Below, in pieces: positions 39,207 to 48,590 of a stretch of 64,000 nucleotides of DNA. Source of the stretch: Cellvibrionaceae bacterium (GTDB taxonomy: Bacteria > Pseudomonadota > Gammaproteobacteria > Pseudomonadales > Cellvibrionaceae). The translations under genes and the position numbers were made by a program. A model generated the notes under the pieces. That model was not told where the DNA came from, ran no database searches, and saw only the letters and a program-made list of their open reading frames with translations. Positions within the stretch are counted from its first letter, which is position 1, and every line of letters starts with the position of its first letter. The stretch is from the NCBI GenBank assembly GCA_965248935.1, contig OZ252214.1:2097874-2161873 (forward strand), read 5' to 3'.

Positions 39207-40505
39207 ATGCGTCAAAGGCTCAGCTTTGTTTTTTATATTATTGGCATCATCTGTGTACCGACACTTTTCTTAGCAAGTGGTTGTGCGGAAAACCCGGTTA
39301 CTGGGGATACAGAATTTTCGTTGGTTTCGGCCTCACAGGAAGTTGAAATTGGAAGAACCAACTATGGTCCGTCCCAACAGCAACAAGGTGGAAAGTATAC
39401 GGTTGACCCCGATCTCAGTGTTTATGTCTCATCTGTTGGTCGAAAATTAGCCGCCGTAAGTGATCGATCCAAGCTGCCCTACGAGTTTGTTGTGCTGAAT
39501 AACAGTGTGCCCAATGCCTGGGCCTTGCCCGGTGGCAAAATCGCTATTAACCGGGGCTTAATGCTTTTATTGGAGGATGAAGCACAGCTTGCAGCCGTGC
39601 TGAGCCATGAAATTGTTCACGCAGCGGCAAGACACGGCGCTTCGCAAATGTCGCAAGCAACACTGTTGGGTTTAGGTGTGGCAGCAGCAGGGGCAGTAAG
39701 CCAGGGCTCGGAATATGGCCAGTTAGTAGGGATGGGCGCTGGCCTTGGCGCATCAACCTTTCAGGCAAAATATGGTCGCCAGCAGGAATTGGACTCGGAC
39801 TATTATGGTATTGAGTATATGTCTCGTGCCGGTTATGAGCCGAAAGCGGCTATCGAGCTACAAGAAAAATTTGTCGAGCTATCAAAAAGCCGTGACAGTA
39901 ACTGGCTCTCTAACTTATTTGCCAGTCATCCGCCCTCTCAAGAAAGAGTAGCAAAAAACCGTTCTCGCTCAAGTAAATTCCCCTCTGGTACTCGCAACAA
40001 GCAGGCATACAAAAAGGCAATTTACCAAATCCGTAAAGATAAGGCCGCTTATGATATTAATGACAAAGCCCAAAAGGCTTTGGCAGATGGCAACCTGAAT
40101 GCAGCCCTCGCACTAACGGACAAAGCCATAAAAATGCAGCCCGAAGAGGCGCAATTTTTGATAACTCGTGGACAAGCTCAGTTGGCAAAAAAACAAGTGC
40201 AGAATGCAGAGAAAAATTTTAGTAAAGCAACGGCACTTAACCCCGATTATTTTTTAAGCTACCTTTCCTTGGGGCTAACACAGAAGAAACGTTCTAATAT
40301 TGCTTCGGCTGAGAAAAGCTTAGAAAAGGCGGCGAAGCTATTGAAAACAACGGTGGGCGAATACCACCTTGGCGAAATCGCTCTACAAAGGGGCCAGGGC
40401 AGTAAGGCTATTAAGCATTTTAAATATGCCGCGCAAGATAAAGGCAAGATAGGCCAAGCAGCAAAAGGCCAATTAAATAAATTACAACCGCCAGCAAGCC
40501 CATAA
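39207..40505 (+). CDS. M48-family zinc metallopeptidase lipoprotein with C-terminal TPR repeats (BepA/YfgC-like).
   Basis: Lipobox LASGC, HEIVHAAARHG (HExxH) and C-terminal TPR-like repeats. Confidence 0.85.
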   Translation: MRQRLSFVFYIIGIICVPTLFLASGCAENPVTGDTEFSLVSASQEVEIGRTNYGPSQQQQGGKYTVDPDLSVYVSSVGRKLAAVSDRSKLPYEFVVLNNSVPNAWALPGGKIAINRGLMLLLEDEAQLAAVLSHEIVHAAARHGASQMSQATLLGLGVAAAGAVSQGSEYGQLVGMGAGLGASTFQAKYGRQQELDSDYYGIEYMSRAGYEPKAAIELQEKFVELSKSRDSNWLSNLFASHPPSQERVAKNRSRSSKFPSGTRNKQAYKKAIYQIRKDKAAYDINDKAQKALADGNLNAALALTDKAIKMQPEEAQFLITRGQAQLAKKQVQNAEKNFSKATALNPDYFLSYLSLGLTQKKRSNIASAEKSLEKAAKLLKTTVGEYHLGEIALQRGQGSKAIKHFKYAAQDKGKIGQAAKGQLNKLQPPASP

Positions 40506-40557
40506 ATGAAAAAAGGACAGTGTGCCCACACAGTGCAAGATAAACTGTAGCTCAGAC

Positions 40558-40612
40558 TGAACCTGAACCCTTACTATTGAGCAACAAGGGGTTCAGGTTT
40601 TATTATATTTTT
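40558..40612 (+). terminator. Rho-independent terminator after the M48 gene.
   Basis: GAACCTGAACCC...GGGGTTCAGGTTT stem followed by TTATTATATTTTTATT. Confidence 0.55.
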
Positions 40613-40823
40613 ATTACCTCACTTTATTAACAGCAAACTCTTTCTACTAGAAATAATTTAAGCGTCTCTTTTATTTGTCAGGTAAACGTCGGAAGGCGCC
40701 TCCGGCTTTTCCAACCTACACGGTATTTTAATTTATCCCGGCGTACGGTCGTGAGCAGACAGGACGAAAAATACGTTTATTTTGATTGGAGGACGGGCGA
40801 TGTCATCACAAAGTAATGCGCGG

Positions 40824-41048
40824 TTACAAGCCAAGCTTATGACGCATTAATTTTCTCGGTTTAAACTTTGTTGCATCAATGTCAGAGACTAAGGGTGCGT
40901 CAGCGTCAGATAATGCGGCTTGTGCAATATCTTTGTCGGTTTGTTTTTCTACCCGCTTCCAGTCTGTTTTTCCGTCCTTTAAATTATTAACGTCGTTTTG
41001 GGTGTATTTAATTGTCGTCATTTTTTTGAAACCTCTTGCGGTATTCAT
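40824..41048 (-). CDS. BrnA-like antitoxin domain protein (paralog 2).
   Basis: ...LKDGKTDWKRVEKQTDKDIAQAALSDADAPLVSD...KFKPRK parallels the neighbouring BrnA-like ORF. It overlaps that ORF by 41 nt in another frame. Confidence 0.45.
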   Translation of the reverse strand: MNTARGFKKMTTIKYTQNDVNNLKDGKTDWKRVEKQTDKDIAQAALSDADAPLVSDIDATKFKPRKLMRHKLGL

Positions 41049-41217
41049 CGCTAGGACGTTTAAACTTTTTAAGTTCTTCGTCTGTTAAAGGCGGATTGTC
41101 AGAATCAGATAAAGCGCCTTTTTCTATGTCTTCCTCTGTCATATTTTTAAGGCGCTCAGTGTCTGACCTGTCCTTTAATTTTTTTAACTCTTCGTCTGTA
41201 TGCTTTTCAAGTGTCAT
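41008..41217 (-). CDS. brnA: BrnA-family antitoxin-like protein (N-terminal domain only).
   Basis: TDEELKKLKDRSDTERLKNMTEEDIEKGALSDSDNPPLTDEELKKFKRP is the BrnA-type motif. No C-terminal RHH domain is visible. Confidence 0.55.
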   Translation of the reverse strand: MTLEKHTDEELKKLKDRSDTERLKNMTEEDIEKGALSDSDNPPLTDEELKKFKRPSDEYRKRFQKNDDN

Positions 41218-41227
41218 TGTTTCACCA

Positions 41228-41458
41228 TTAAATACTTTGTTGGTACAAATGCCGTTCTTTCTTGTTAGCTTTACGAGCTGAGATAAGCCTTATTGTGTTT
41301 TCGTGTCGCTCTGTATATACGACTAGTAAAACACCGTGAGGGTCAACCGTACCAATAATTTGATAACGGCTTTCTCCGTAGTCATGTCTATCATCTTCGC
41401 TGACAATGAAATTAACGTCTTTAAAGATTTTAGAGGCCGCTCTAAAAGTCAATACCAT
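41228..41458 (-). CDS. brnT: BrnT-family (DUF497) toxin, N-terminally short form.
   Basis: ..DDRHDYGESRYQIIGTV...LLVVYTERHENTIRLISARKANKKERHLY matches the DUF497 C-terminal core. A stop lies 4 codons upstream of the ATG, so about 17 aa of the usual N-terminus are absent. Confidence 0.7.
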   Translation of the reverse strand: MVLTFRAASKIFKDVNFIVSEDDRHDYGESRYQIIGTVDPHGVLLVVYTERHENTIRLISARKANKKERHLYQQSI

Positions 41459-41905
41459 GTTTTCTATAGATTACATTTTTTCGTATAGCTTCGAACCACT
41501 TGGTCGGGAGTTCGGTAAACAGGCAGGATAGCCTGTTTAGGCAGCGCGATTAGCGCTGGACTGAAGGCCCGAGGGATGTATCGAGTCAATCTCTCCGGGC
41601 GCGCCATAGTGTAACCAAGCTCCCAGCTTGAGCCATTCCAACGAACAAGGTCATATGCAGCCAAGCCTACTGAATTTTTTCAAGTGTAAAACTTGCTAGG
41701 GAATTTGACTTAAGGAAAACGGCATTCGCCCGAAATATATTCGCGCTCGGTTTGCCGGGGTTGGTCTCTAAAGTCTTGTTGCTGTTTTTTAATGGCCCTT
41801 CTGCGCTGTGCAATTAAGGCATCCAATAAATCAGACAAAATATTGATTTTTATTTATTAAGTAATCGTTTCAAGTGAGGTTTTCTTAATATCGAAGGCGC
41901 GCATT

Positions 41906-42076
41906 ATGGGAATGCCGAAAGGTCAAAATTTTAATCGCCCGAAAACAGGGTCATCAATTAAAGTTGAGCCCATTCGGGATATGAAGGCCATCAAGCGCAT
42001 TAAAAAAATACTGCAAGACCAGCCACGGAATTTATGCCTGTTGTCGTTCTTCCCCTTAAACCTGGAAGACTTGTAG
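41906..42076 (+). pseudogene. N-terminal fragment (56 codons) of a small tyrosine-recombinase/integrase gene.
   Basis: MGMPKGQNFNRPKTGSSIKVEPIRDMKAIKRIKKILQDQPRNLCLLSF... resembles the N-terminus of ~190-aa site-specific integrases (..IEPIRDxKAIKxIKKLLxDNPRDLxLF..). It terminates after 56 aa with no continuation. Confidence 0.4.
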
Positions 42077-42222
42077 TGTCTGTGATTGGGTAAAAGGTTT
42101 TCATAATTATTGTGTTAAATCACATGAACCTGAAGAGTACGCTAATAAACACCACTCTTAGCTATTCCATAAACTAAAGTCCTATCAAAAAACCTGCAAA
42201 CACTCTATACCAATTTAGAACT

Positions 42223-42537
42223 TTAGTTTAGGCGTTCACTTAATCGGTTAACAATATCTCTTGCTTCATGTATAACACCAATAATAATAGGTTTTTCAAC
42301 ATTTTTAGTAATATAAAAAATGTAGTGATACCGATATTTTGTAACAAATAGATTGGGAGAATCGTCAGAAAAGCTACGTTTTGATACAGTGCTTTCTCCA
42401 ATTTCAATAAATTTGCTTTTTAATCCACCCCTATATTTTTTTAAAGCTTCTTTACCCCATTTATTAACGGTGTAACGTGCGACTTCTCGCAAATCGTTCT
42501 CTGCATCTATGGAAAGTTCATAAGGCAACATTGCCAT
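42223..42537 (-). CDS. parE: ParE/RelE-family toxin.
   Basis: 104 aa. The ..YRYHYIFYIT.. region matches ParE. It overlaps the upstream antitoxin by 1 nt. Confidence 0.7.
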   Translation of the reverse strand: MAMLPYELSIDAENDLREVARYTVNKWGKEALKKYRGGLKSKFIEIGESTVSKRSFSDDSPNLFVTKYRYHYIFYITKNVEKPIIIGVIHEARDIVNRLSERLN

Positions 42538-42779
42538 TAGCTTTCTTCTTTAAGGACTTCATCAAAAATATCATCAACAGATTTAGAGGATAATTTACCA
42601 TTATTTGCAGCATCAATACGAGACTCTAAAAAAGTCTCTAATTTATGAAGGGCTGCTTTTTCATCCGACTGAGGCAAAGTACGTGTAAGCACATATTCTT
42701 TGATTGATTGCCCTTGTAATGCAGCAGCAGCTTTAAGGAGTTGGTGTTGATCGGGTGTTACATCAATAGAAAGGCGCAT
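42537..42779 (-). CDS. parD: ParD-like antitoxin (DUF1778 / RHH type).
   Basis: 80 aa. MRLSIDVTPDQHQLLKAAAALQGQSIKEYVL is an RHH antitoxin N-terminus. Confidence 0.65.
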   Translation of the reverse strand: MRLSIDVTPDQHQLLKAAAALQGQSIKEYVLTRTLPQSDEKAALHKLETFLESRIDAANNGKLSSKSVDDIFDEVLKEES

Positions 42780-43670
42780 TTGAATATCCTGTTTACATTT
42801 TGACTTATGAATGCCATTTTATAAGAACAACAACAAAATATCAAAATGTAACAAATGTTGTTTTTGTGTATTCCAACGCCATTAAATCTATTCCCATAAC
42901 CCTTTACTAACTTACTTATGATTAGTTAGTAATCTTAAGTTATTAAAATTCGCCTATTGATTCTATTTAGCTATATAATATTCCTCTCAGGTCGGGCTTC
43001 TCCACCTTCGCTAGTCGCTCATCCCGCCAAATTTGCAGGGCGTGGGTATGGGTTTCAGGTAACACCAAAGCCCACAAGGACACATTAAAAGCAGCGGGGT
43101 TTAAATATGCCTCTAAAAAGAAACGTTGGTATTTTCGCCCCGATGATTGGACAAGCCGAAGCCGTGGTAATTTAAGCATGGACGAGATACGCGGCAAATA
43201 GGGCAGTAACAAGCCCCATGCGCCCAAGAGTTTTTATCTTGGTTCTGCTAGGGCCTGCTCACACTAATTCAATTATCACTGCCTGAGCTATTTTTTATCC
43301 AGCTCGGCTTTGGCCTCCTGCGTCGCTCTACCAACTACATCCTTGTAGTCGAAGGCAGAGGGAGTGAAGTTTAGCTGGCCTAAATGAGCGACTGATAACG
43401 TAGCTGGGTGAAAAATAGCCCAGGCCCGAAGGGTTGCGGCTGAAAAAGCGCCACTTGTCGTCGCCTATATGGATATAGGTGAGGAGCGTGAGCAGGAGCG
43501 GAAGCTTTACTCATCGTTTATTTAGAATGACTAAACTTCTCTCTTCGTGCCTAAATTGGCGCTTTTTCAGTCACAACAGTGACAATTGAATTAGTGTGAA
43601 CAGGCCCTAAAGGATAGGGGGCAATAATGGACTATGACGCATTATTAAAACTCGCGGCTTATGTCGCGCA

Positions 43671-43886
43671 TTATATGCCGAATGGGTGGCACGTTGATCG
43701 CCGTTTCTCTTTTTTGTTGGCTTTACGCGCCGATATAATCCTTATCACATTGTCGTGACGTTCAGTATGCACAACAAAGATTATACGATGTGTTTCTATA
43801 GTGCCAATGACTTGATAGCGGGGTTCTCCGTAGTCGTGCCTCGTACCTTCATTGACAATAAAACTAGGGACATCAAAATATCTCAA
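43671..43886 (-). CDS. Second, orphan BrnT-like (DUF497) toxin gene, short form, with no adjacent BrnA.
   Basis: ..EGTRHDYGEPRYQVIGTIETHRIIFVVHTERHDNVIRIISARKANKKEKR is about 70% identical to the 41228 product. Its start lies 28 nt after the ygjP-like stop. Confidence 0.55.
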   Translation of the reverse strand: MRYFDVPSFIVNEGTRHDYGEPRYQVIGTIETHRIIFVVHTERHDNVIRIISARKANKKEKRRSTCHPFGI

Positions 43887-43913
43887 CCTACCATTTTTAG
43901 GCTGTATCCATGT

Positions 43914-44711
43914 TCAATACTCCCAATCCTCATGCACTAACGGTTCTTTGTTTAACCTTCTCTGCATCAACGGCCAGTTGGGCATAAACTTATCCAGCAG
44001 CCCCCTAAAACGCTCATTATGATTACGCTCATGCAGATGAATCAGTTCATGTACAAGAATATATTCAAGGCATTCCGGTGGTTTTTTTACCAGCTCTAAA
44101 TTCAACCAAATACGACGCTGCTCTATATTGCAGCTACCCCACTTGGTTTTCATTTTTTTTACGCCCCACTCAGCAGCGCGCTTACCTACTACCGGCTGCC
44201 ACTTATCGAGCAGCTCAGGAATACGGCCTTTAAGCTGCTCTCTATACCAGGCGTACAGCAGCTTTTCTTTACTCTCTACCGAAGTATCCGGTTTAACGAA
44301 CATCTTTAACTTACCGGATTTCAATAAACGTATTTCGTGCTTAGTATTACCTTCGATCAATTCCAGACGGCAGCGTTTACCAAACACAAAATGGCATTCG
44401 CCTGAAATATATTCTCGCTCTGTTTGCCGAGGCTGCTCTCTAAAATCTTGTTGTTGTTTTTTAATCCAGGCGAGTTTTGAGATAACGGCTAAACGTACAT
44501 TATCGTCGGTATAACGCTTGGGGGCTGCCACACGTACTTGGCCTTCCGGTGGGTAAACCGCCAAATGAAAGTTTTTGATATCCTTTTTTACAACCTGAAT
44601 ATCAATGCCGCTTACGGTAATGTGTGTTACCGGCTCAGCCACTTTTTTTGCTGACGCCTTCTTTGCTAACACCCTATTTGCCAACACCTTACTTGCCAAC
44701 ACTTTAGTCAT
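43914..44711 (-). CDS. YgjP-like (DUF45) zinc metallopeptidase/hydrolase, a type I restriction-modification-associated gene.
   Basis: The HELIHLHERNH zinc-binding motif near the C-terminus. It overlaps the hsdR stop region by 8 nt. Confidence 0.8.
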   Translation of the reverse strand: MTKVLASKVLANRVLAKKASAKKVAEPVTHITVSGIDIQVVKKDIKNFHLAVYPPEGQVRVAAPKRYTDDNVRLAVISKLAWIKKQQQDFREQPRQTEREYISGECHFVFGKRCRLELIEGNTKHEIRLLKSGKLKMFVKPDTSVESKEKLLYAWYREQLKGRIPELLDKWQPVVGKRAAEWGVKKMKTKWGSCNIEQRRIWLNLELVKKPPECLEYILVHELIHLHERNHNERFRGLLDKFMPNWPLMQRRLNKEPLVHEDWEY

Positions 44712-47700
44712 ACTCGCTCTGATTTTTGATGATATTCATAAGCGCTTCGGTATCCACCTTGTACTCTGCCAATTCCTCTTTCACAGCATTTTCCACATCA
44801 CGCCGTTTAAAGCGGTTACCTTTCCAATCGGCCTTTTTGGTGTATCTAATTGCCGTATCAATACGGGTTGCCAAGTCTTCATTTTGCCCCAGGTTATCGT
44901 ATAAGGATTGCTTCGCTCGGGTATCCATAGAGGTGGGGTAGCTCACACCTTCCTCGGGCTTCACCACGCCTTCGGCCAGTAGTTTTACTTTCTTGAGGTA
45001 TTCCTCATAGCTAATAGCATCTTCTCTACGTTGTGCAATGAGGGCATCCAATAACTCAGACATATCATCGTAATATTTTGGGTTCGCCGGTTGACCGTCC
45101 ACAATGGCTTTACGTACATTGTTCTCAATGGTTTCGGCCATGGCCTCCGGTACTTTTTTTGCGCCGGCCTGCGCGGGGTTCTGCTTGGCTTTTTCAACAA
45201 TAAGCTCAATAAGCCCCAGCTCTTCAAAATCTACCACGGCTTTAGCGTCATCCGCTTTAACATAGGTATCCAGTAGGCGGCGCATGGAAGGCTCATATTT
45301 TTTTAGGTCCACATCATCCGCCGAGGCTCTTTTTATCTCTGAGCGCATATCCGCGTAGTGCTGCACTTCCGTTTTTATTGTTTTCGCTTCTTTGGGGCTG
45401 TAACCCGCTGCTTGCATTTCATTGGCGATTTGAGAATAGGCACGCACCAAACTCGCGACATTTTTATACAGGGATACTCGCTTGGCTTCGTTAAGTTTTA
45501 AGTCGTCACTACTGGCCACATCACCACAAAAATACTGAATATAGTGGATAAGTTCTTTAGGTTGTAATACGGGTTCACACAGGGCTTTGGTGGCTTCCCT
45601 CGCCTCTTCCAGTTTTGACTGGCTTTTTTCCAGGCGGTTGGTGAGCAAGCCTTTTACGTCCTCTTTATCGTAAGCATCAAAGGCGCCGCTGGTGTAATCG
45701 CCAATAGAGGTTTCCAAGCTGTGGAACAAATCTTTGTAGTCAATAATGTAACCGTATTCTTTATCGTCACCGTCTATGCGGTTAACCCTGCAAATGGCTT
45801 GGAACAGGCCGTGGTCTTGCATTTTTTTATCTATATACAAATAGGTGGCCGAAGGCGCATCAAAGCCGGTGAGGAGTTTATCCACCACAATTAATAAACG
45901 CATTTGACCAGGTTCATTTTTAAACTGGTCTTTGACTTTGGTTTCAAACTCTTCCGCTTTGTTAATGGCCTCGTCCTTGGGTAAGTCAAAATAGTCCGCC
46001 AACATCTGTTGGTATATTTCGTACTGGTGCAGTTTTTCCGTTTGGCCGTCGCCGGTTTCTTCGCCTTTAATATCATTTGGCGAGGGTAAATAACTGGTAA
46101 CAATGGCGCACTTACCTTTTAGCTCCGTTGCCATAAATAGCTCATACACTTTGCACGCCTGATAGATGCTGGCACACACCAACATGGCATTGCCCCGGCC
46201 ATCCATTAAGCGCGGCTTCTTTTTCATGTCCAGCCAAATATCGTTCACAATCATTTCTAAACGGTCTTTACTGGAGAGTACTTTTTGCATGGTGCCCCAA
46301 CGCTGCTTTAACTGCACCTTGGCCATATCGGTTAGGCCAGCGGTATTGGTGTCAAACCAGTCGTCGATTTTCTCGGGGGAGCGTATGTATTGGTCTATGT
46401 CGCGGGCTTCGTACTGTAAATCCAGCACCACTTTATCTGCCACGGCTTCGTCAAACTTATAGGTATGAATAAAGGTGCCGAAGACATCACTACTTTTTTG
46501 CTTGTCTTTTTTCAGTAAAGGCGTGCCGGTAAAGCCAATAAAAATGGCCTTGGGTAGAATGGCCTTCATGGCTTGGTGTAATTTACCTGACTGGGTGCGA
46601 TGACATTCATCCACAAAGACAAATAGGTTGCCCTTGGCTTCAAAATTACTGGGCAGGTTCTTTTGAAGGTCTTCCAGATATTTATCGGTGTCTTCTTCAC
46701 TGAGTTCCCGACTATCATCTGTGCCATTGTCACTATTCTCGCCGTCTTTATTTTTACCTTTGCGGCCAAACTTGTGTACCAGTGAACACATTAACCAGGG
46801 TTCCGCCTGGTTTAACTCGGCCACCATGGCCGCACCATTTTTACTGCGGGATATGTCTTCCTCTACCCCAGAAAATACGCCTTCTATTTGCTCGTCCAGC
46901 TCTTTGCGGTCAGTTACCACTAATACACGGGCATTATCAATATTTTCCCGCATCCACTTGGCTAACCACACCATGGTTAAGCTTTTACCGGAACCTTGTG
47001 TGTGCCAAATAATGCCGCCTTCATCGTCCAACTGGTCTGCACGTAAGTTTTGCCCCGCTGCGCGAGCCAGTAAATGCTCGCCGCCCAAGCGCTTTTGCGC
47101 TGCTTTTACACCAAAGTATTGATTGTGTCGGCAGGTCTTTTTTGTGCCTGCGTCGAAGACAATAAAGTTATGAAGTATTTCTAGGAAGCGTTCTTTATTG
47201 CAGACATTGATAAGGTCGAAGTCCAAAATCTCATTGGTATAATCCACATCAAAAACGGATAAGTGTTTTTTATTGCTGTGCTTTTCGCTACTGTGTTCTT
47301 TATTACTGTCTTTTGTTTTATTGTGGCTTATATCGCCATTCTTATTATTGTCGTCTGGCGCTTTACGCTTGGGGTCGTAATGGGGGTTTTCTTCCTTCCA
47401 GCGGTAATAATGCTTTTCTGGTGTTTCGATGGTGCCATAGCGCAGACCTTCTGTGTCGTTACCGGCCATTAATAGCTGCGTGGTACTAAAGAAGTCTTTT
47501 ATAAAGTCTTTTTTCTGATTATCCAGGTTTTGGCGAATACCTTCGGTAACGGACACCTTAGAACGCTTTAATTCCAGCACCCCCAAGGCAATGCCATTCA
47601 CGTAGAGCACAATATCCGGGCGCTTATCATTTTTGCCTTTTACGGTCACTTCTTCGGCAATGGCAAAGTCATTATTGAGGGGGTTTTTCCAATCAATTAG

Positions 47701-48024
47701 CCAGACGGTTTTATCGCTTTTGTCTTTCCCCTGCCGGACTTTGACACCATAGCGCAGGCTGCTATACACCGCTTGGTTGGCGTAATAGAGTTTTTTACCG
47801 TCGCCCATACTGGCGGTTTGTTTGAATTTGCGCAGGGCGTTGGTGGCTAAGGCTTTCTCTATGCCTTGTTTTTCTACCAACCAGTGAAGTAAATAGCGCT
47901 CTTCAATATTGCTGTTATTGGGGCGTTCTTGCCAGTCACCTAAATAGTCGTAACCTAATTCGTCTCGGAATAACTTTACCACTCGGTTTTGGGTAGGGCG
48001 CTCTTTCTGGCCGACTTTACTCAT
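44704..48024 (-). CDS. hsdR: Type I restriction enzyme R subunit (HsdR).
   Basis: 1106 aa. The N-terminal nuclease region (..IVLYVNGIALGVLELKRS..), helicase motifs GSGKSLTMVWLA and VFVDECHRTQ, and the C-terminal domain. Two K/D/S-rich low-complexity insertions. Confidence 0.9.
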   Translation of the reverse strand: MSKVGQKERPTQNRVVKLFRDELGYDYLGDWQERPNNSNIEERYLLHWLVEKQGIEKALATNALRKFKQTASMGDGKKLYYANQAVYSSLRYGVKVRQGKDKSDKTVWLIDWKNPLNNDFAIAEEVTVKGKNDKRPDIVLYVNGIALGVLELKRSKVSVTEGIRQNLDNQKKDFIKDFFSTTQLLMAGNDTEGLRYGTIETPEKHYYRWKEENPHYDPKRKAPDDNNKNGDISHNKTKDSNKEHSSEKHSNKKHLSVFDVDYTNEILDFDLINVCNKERFLEILHNFIVFDAGTKKTCRHNQYFGVKAAQKRLGGEHLLARAAGQNLRADQLDDEGGIIWHTQGSGKSLTMVWLAKWMRENIDNARVLVVTDRKELDEQIEGVFSGVEEDISRSKNGAAMVAELNQAEPWLMCSLVHKFGRKGKNKDGENSDNGTDDSRELSEEDTDKYLEDLQKNLPSNFEAKGNLFVFVDECHRTQSGKLHQAMKAILPKAIFIGFTGTPLLKKDKQKSSDVFGTFIHTYKFDEAVADKVVLDLQYEARDIDQYIRSPEKIDDWFDTNTAGLTDMAKVQLKQRWGTMQKVLSSKDRLEMIVNDIWLDMKKKPRLMDGRGNAMLVCASIYQACKVYELFMATELKGKCAIVTSYLPSPNDIKGEETGDGQTEKLHQYEIYQQMLADYFDLPKDEAINKAEEFETKVKDQFKNEPGQMRLLIVVDKLLTGFDAPSATYLYIDKKMQDHGLFQAICRVNRIDGDDKEYGYIIDYKDLFHSLETSIGDYTSGAFDAYDKEDVKGLLTNRLEKSQSKLEEAREATKALCEPVLQPKELIHYIQYFCGDVASSDDLKLNEAKRVSLYKNVASLVRAYSQIANEMQAAGYSPKEAKTIKTEVQHYADMRSEIKRASADDVDLKKYEPSMRRLLDTYVKADDAKAVVDFEELGLIELIVEKAKQNPAQAGAKKVPEAMAETIENNVRKAIVDGQPANPKYYDDMSELLDALIAQRREDAISYEEYLKKVKLLAEGVVKPEEGVSYPTSMDTRAKQSLYDNLGQNEDLATRIDTAIRYTKKADWKGNRFKRRDVENAVKEELAEYKVDTEALMNIIKNQSEYD

Positions 48025-48128
48025 ATAAGTGCCTTTACTATTTTTCCGTTTTTGTCCTTATCAAAGCAATACAACTGCTCGTCACTTTTTTTCACTAAAA
48101 GCCTTTTAATTTAAGGTTTTTATACTCT

Positions 48129-48590
48129 TCATGCTCTGTTGTAATCTGCATTAATGCTTGGGCGTATTCTATATACACCGTATAGCTGTATTGGCTGTAA
48201 GTAATTTTTTTTGCCGGTTAATGCTCTGTAGGCTCTTACATCAATAATGGGGAATACATCTGGCCGACAGAATTTTAGTATGGAGCTGGCCATGGGGTAA
48301 CCCACTCCGCGCGAATCCACTAACTCTTCAATCAATTCCTTTACGCAATCATCCGTTATTTTTAAATCGACTTTGGTGGCAATGGCGGAGAGTTTTAGCA
48401 AAGTCTCCTCAGGTACATCCAATACTCGGTTGGTTTTCCATAGAGATACACGGCGTAAATCTTCAATGGTCAGTTCGGCCTTGCCATTCAGCTCTTTATG
48501 CAAGGCTTGAGTTTCTTCTGGGTTGTATGCAAACTCAAAGTCTAGGGTATGCTTGCCTGGAATAAATTCCACATAGTCTTTTGACGTCAT
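48129..48590 (-). CDS. Hypothetical protein encoded between hsdS and hsdR.
   Basis: 153-aa ORF overlapping the hsdS stop by 4 nt. It contains a T8/A8 homopolymer (48206-48213) near its 3' end. No family recognised. Confidence 0.45.
   Translation of the reverse strand: MTSKDYVEFIPGKHTLDFEFAYNPEETQALHKELNGKAELTIEDLRRVSLWKTNRVLDVPEETLLKLSAIATKVDLKITDDCVKELIEELVDSRGVGYPMASSILKFCRPDVFPIIDVRAYRALTGKKNYLQPIQLYGVYRIRPSINADYNRA

Noticed and set aside
42967-43227. Tracked minus-strand 86-aa ORF.
   Set aside because: It has no features. The opposite strand carries a more protein-like but start-less fragment, which is reported as a relic instead.
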